A stretch of 63,740 nucleotides of DNA, filler included. It is 8 parts of 8 records of this genome, joined end to end, with 100 filler letters (N's around TTAATTAATTAA, not from the genome) between each part and the next. Parts side by side here need not be neighbours in the genome. Positions count along the whole stretch, not along the records: positions 57,930 to 63,740 come from SRR31147125_38425; 7 more parts are not named here. The stretch is one strand, 5' to 3'. Below, in pieces: positions 62,301 through 63,740 of the stretch. Below the pieces are notes generated by a model. It was not told the origin of the DNA and did not search any database. It saw only the letters and a program-made list of their open reading frames with translations. Position 1 is the first letter of the stretch. Every line of letters begins with the position of its first letter. The translations under genes and the position numbers were made by a program.

Positions 62301-63740
62301 GATGCTCGATCCTTTTGCTGAAGATTCAACGGCATATTTAAACCCTGAATATTTGGGTGATGATCCTGCATTATATTTTAACTTGGGTAATGTTTCGGAA
62401 GATATATTAAAAGATTCGCGTAAATCGTTTGAAAATGGATTGCCAAGAGATGCAGAACCTGTTGATTACCTGGACACAACAGATTGGGGTTATGTTTCCA
62501 GTAAAATTCAATACCAAAATGCATTTGATACCGATCCGGATTCAAGGGCATTTCAGGATGTTGGTTTAGATGGTATGAATAGTGAGGAGGAAAGAAGCTT
62601 TTTTAGTGATTATCTTCAAGATATCCAGGGAGTGGTTAATAGTGATGCTTACCGAATAATTGAAGCAGACCCTTCGAACGATGATTTTAATTATTACCGG
62701 GATAGCGATTACGATGAAGCCAAAACCAGTATTCTTGACAGGTATAAAAAATATAACAACTACGAACAAAACTCGCGTACTTCTGAACAATCAGATGAAG
62801 AATACCCAACAACAGGTAAAAATTCACCTGATGTTGAAGATATAAACAGGGATAATACACTTAGCGAGACAGAGAGTTATTTTGAGTACAAAGTAAGCTT
62901 ACGGCCGTCAGATCTGGAGACAGTAGGCCAAAATTATATCACCGATATTGTTACCGCTACTCCAAAACTTAAGAATGGTGAAAGAGAAGAAGTCCGTTGG
63001 ATTCAATTTAAAGTTCCTCTTGAAGATTTTCATGAAACACAAGGAGCAATTGAGGATTTTAAGTCAATACGTTTTATGAGGATGTACATAAACGGTGTTG
63101 AAAGAGATGTAATCCTTAGGTTCGCAGAACTTAACTTAATTCGCAGTGAGTGGAGAAAATACGAGCAACCTTTGTATGATGCCATTGAATATGTTGAAGA
63201 CCAGGATGAACGCGGTACATTAGATATTTCGGCTGTAAACATTGAAGAAAATGGCAACAGAGAACCGGTAAATTATGTTCTACCACCGGGTGCTGATAGG
63301 GAAATCGATCCTTCGAACCCGCAAATCAGGCAGCTAAATGAACAGGCTATGGTTCTTAAAGTTACGGATTTGGCTGATGGTGATGCCAGGGCAGCCTATA
63401 AGAATGTAAGTTTAGATCTTCGCCAGTACAAAAAAATGATCATGGATATCCATGCAGAAGCTTTACCAGACGAAGTATTGGAAGATGGTGAACTTACCGC
63501 TTTTATAAGGATTGGTTCCGATTACACCAATAACTTCTACGAATATGAAGTACCGCTGGTAATAACACCAGAAGGAAGGTATAACTCAGGTAATGATGAT
63601 GATAGGTTAGTTGTTTGGCCAGATAGCAATAAAATGGAGATTGAACTGGATGTATTTACTGATGTAAAATTAGCCAGGAATGAAGCAAGACGTGCAGCAA
63701 ACTCAACGATAGAGCTTACTACTATTTATGAAGCTTTCCA
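59308..63740 (+). CDS. sprA: T9SS translocon SprA/Sov; runs off the window end
   Basis: Long open frame, absent from the ORF track because it has no stop: QMNVTGSIGDK, YNTEATFDFENK, GDEDEIIKKIEAGNV, GSLITGSQSLFG, YDANRHFFL and YLDDFEGS; follows ruvA as usual in Bacteroidota. Confidence 0.93.
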   Translation, partial: MRKSLKYLGLSTVFFCGLFVIWQSRAIEPIDLSDDFFSSYFGDQPDTIINQNEELPYPLKENTGDPYSDDRSTSPLYLNDPPNLGSDVEYNPETGEYIYQRKVGGIGITPPVSMSLDEYSQYQLDKAKRDYWSQKARSSEFQDSRSFVPSFQIRSEAFDKVFGSNTINITPQGSAEVIFGFTMNRIDNPQLSERLRRTPSFTFKEKIQMNVTGSIGDKMEMGINYNTEATFDFENKTKLEYAGDEDEIIKKIEAGNVTFPLPGSLITGSQSLFGVKTELQFGKLNVTTVLSHQKGQSSVIEVEGGSQVSEYEVTVDDYDANRHFFLSHYFKDRYDEAMSGLPLIQSNVQIEEIEVWVTNKSKNFDGARNIVALMDLGEYGDNIDNTNIKSNNQNDEFPRNETNELYQSIYEDDGIRDIGTATGRLQGYFLMENGVDFEKIENARKLTTREYTLNRTLGYISLNTALNADEVLAVAYRYKLAGESNYRKVGELTNNAPSAPQTIIVKLLKGTNLSPKFKTWELMMKNIYAIGAYQVSQQDFSLNIFYEDDENGQAVNYLPGSGTSDEILLRVFGLDKLNQQSDPYPDGLFDYLSGITIIPSNGRIIFPTVEPFGESLKTYLENIYGPYNSTNPKKDSIDRFLFTELYDSTKTKAQQIAEKNKFIIAGEYSGSSGSEIQLNAMNVPRGSVKVTAGGIQLAENVDYTVDYTLGRVRIINSGLLESGTPIRISLESNTLFNLQRKTLVGTHLNYQFSDDFYLGGTVLHLKETPLTKKVNFGDEPISNTIWGLNGSYRTESQFITSLVDKIPLIETKEMSNITVDGEFAQLIPGSSKSVGKSGRAYLDDFEGSETSIDVKNYSAWVLASTPSRFTEASNSSLDYGFNRAKLAWYVIDDLFQENTSLTPTHIKDDEDQQSNHFVRTVLEQEIFPNRDNENNIPSRLAMLNVAYYPTERGPYNYRVNEVNEDGTLQNPEDKWGGIMREVLTSDFESANIEFLEFWMLDPFAEDSTAYLNPEYLGDDPALYFNLGNVSEDILKDSRKSFENGLPRDAEPVDYLDTTDWGYVSSKIQYQNAFDTDPDSRAFQDVGLDGMNSEEERSFFSDYLQDIQGVVNSDAYRIIEADPSNDDFNYYRDSDYDEAKTSILDRYKKYNNYEQNSRTSEQSDEEYPTTGKNSPDVEDINRDNTLSETESYFEYKVSLRPSDLETVGQNYITDIVTATPKLKNGEREEVRWIQFKVPLEDFHETQGAIEDFKSIRFMRMYINGVERDVILRFAELNLIRSEWRKYEQPLYDAIEYVEDQDERGTLDISAVNIEENGNREPVNYVLPPGADREIDPSNPQIRQLNEQAMVLKVTDLADGDARAAYKNVSLDLRQYKKMIMDIHAEALPDEVLEDGELTAFIRIGSDYTNNFYEYEVPLVITPEGRYNSGNDDDRLVVWPDSNKMEIELDVFTDVKLARNEARRAANSTIELTTIYEAF

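Overview
This window is not one genome. It is eight contigs joined by seven identical 100-nt N spacers, each with a central TTAATTAATTAA, i.e. a concatenated metagenome assembly. (1) 1-5560: mannitol-type PTS operon, MCP and tandem class II aldolase, probably a spirochaete. (2) 5661-15338: Bacteroidota, with GH106, pruA and a cassette of T9SS LamG cargo + tiny VPLDG-CTERM peptide + membrane protein + exosortase. (3) 15439-20790: an intron-rich microbial eukaryote, with a 10-intron LolD/MacB-type ABC ATPase and a SAPS/PP6-regulator-like gene. (4) 20891-26500: GH78 rhamnosidase, lipoprotein and Zn-dehydrogenase. (5) 26601-38225: a translationally coupled nitrogenase-like operon (NifH-like + two divergent NifD/K-like subunits) facing a B12-dependent radical SAM gene, then lysC-lysA, a flavin oxidoreductase and a DUF1566 protein. 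(6) 38326-43936: phage recombination/replication module. (7) 44037-57829: Myxococcota-like housekeeping and regulatory genes. (8) 57930-63740: Bacteroidota pdxA-ruvA-sprA. The best candidate for an uncharacterised system is the non-diazotrophic nitrogenase-like/B12-radical-SAM locus; the mini-peptide/exosortase/T9SS cassette is second. Several frameshifts are one-base homopolymer losses and are probably sequencing errors. I saw no rRNA, tRNA, CRISPR array or transposase. All family and taxon assignments come from motif recognition, not database searches.
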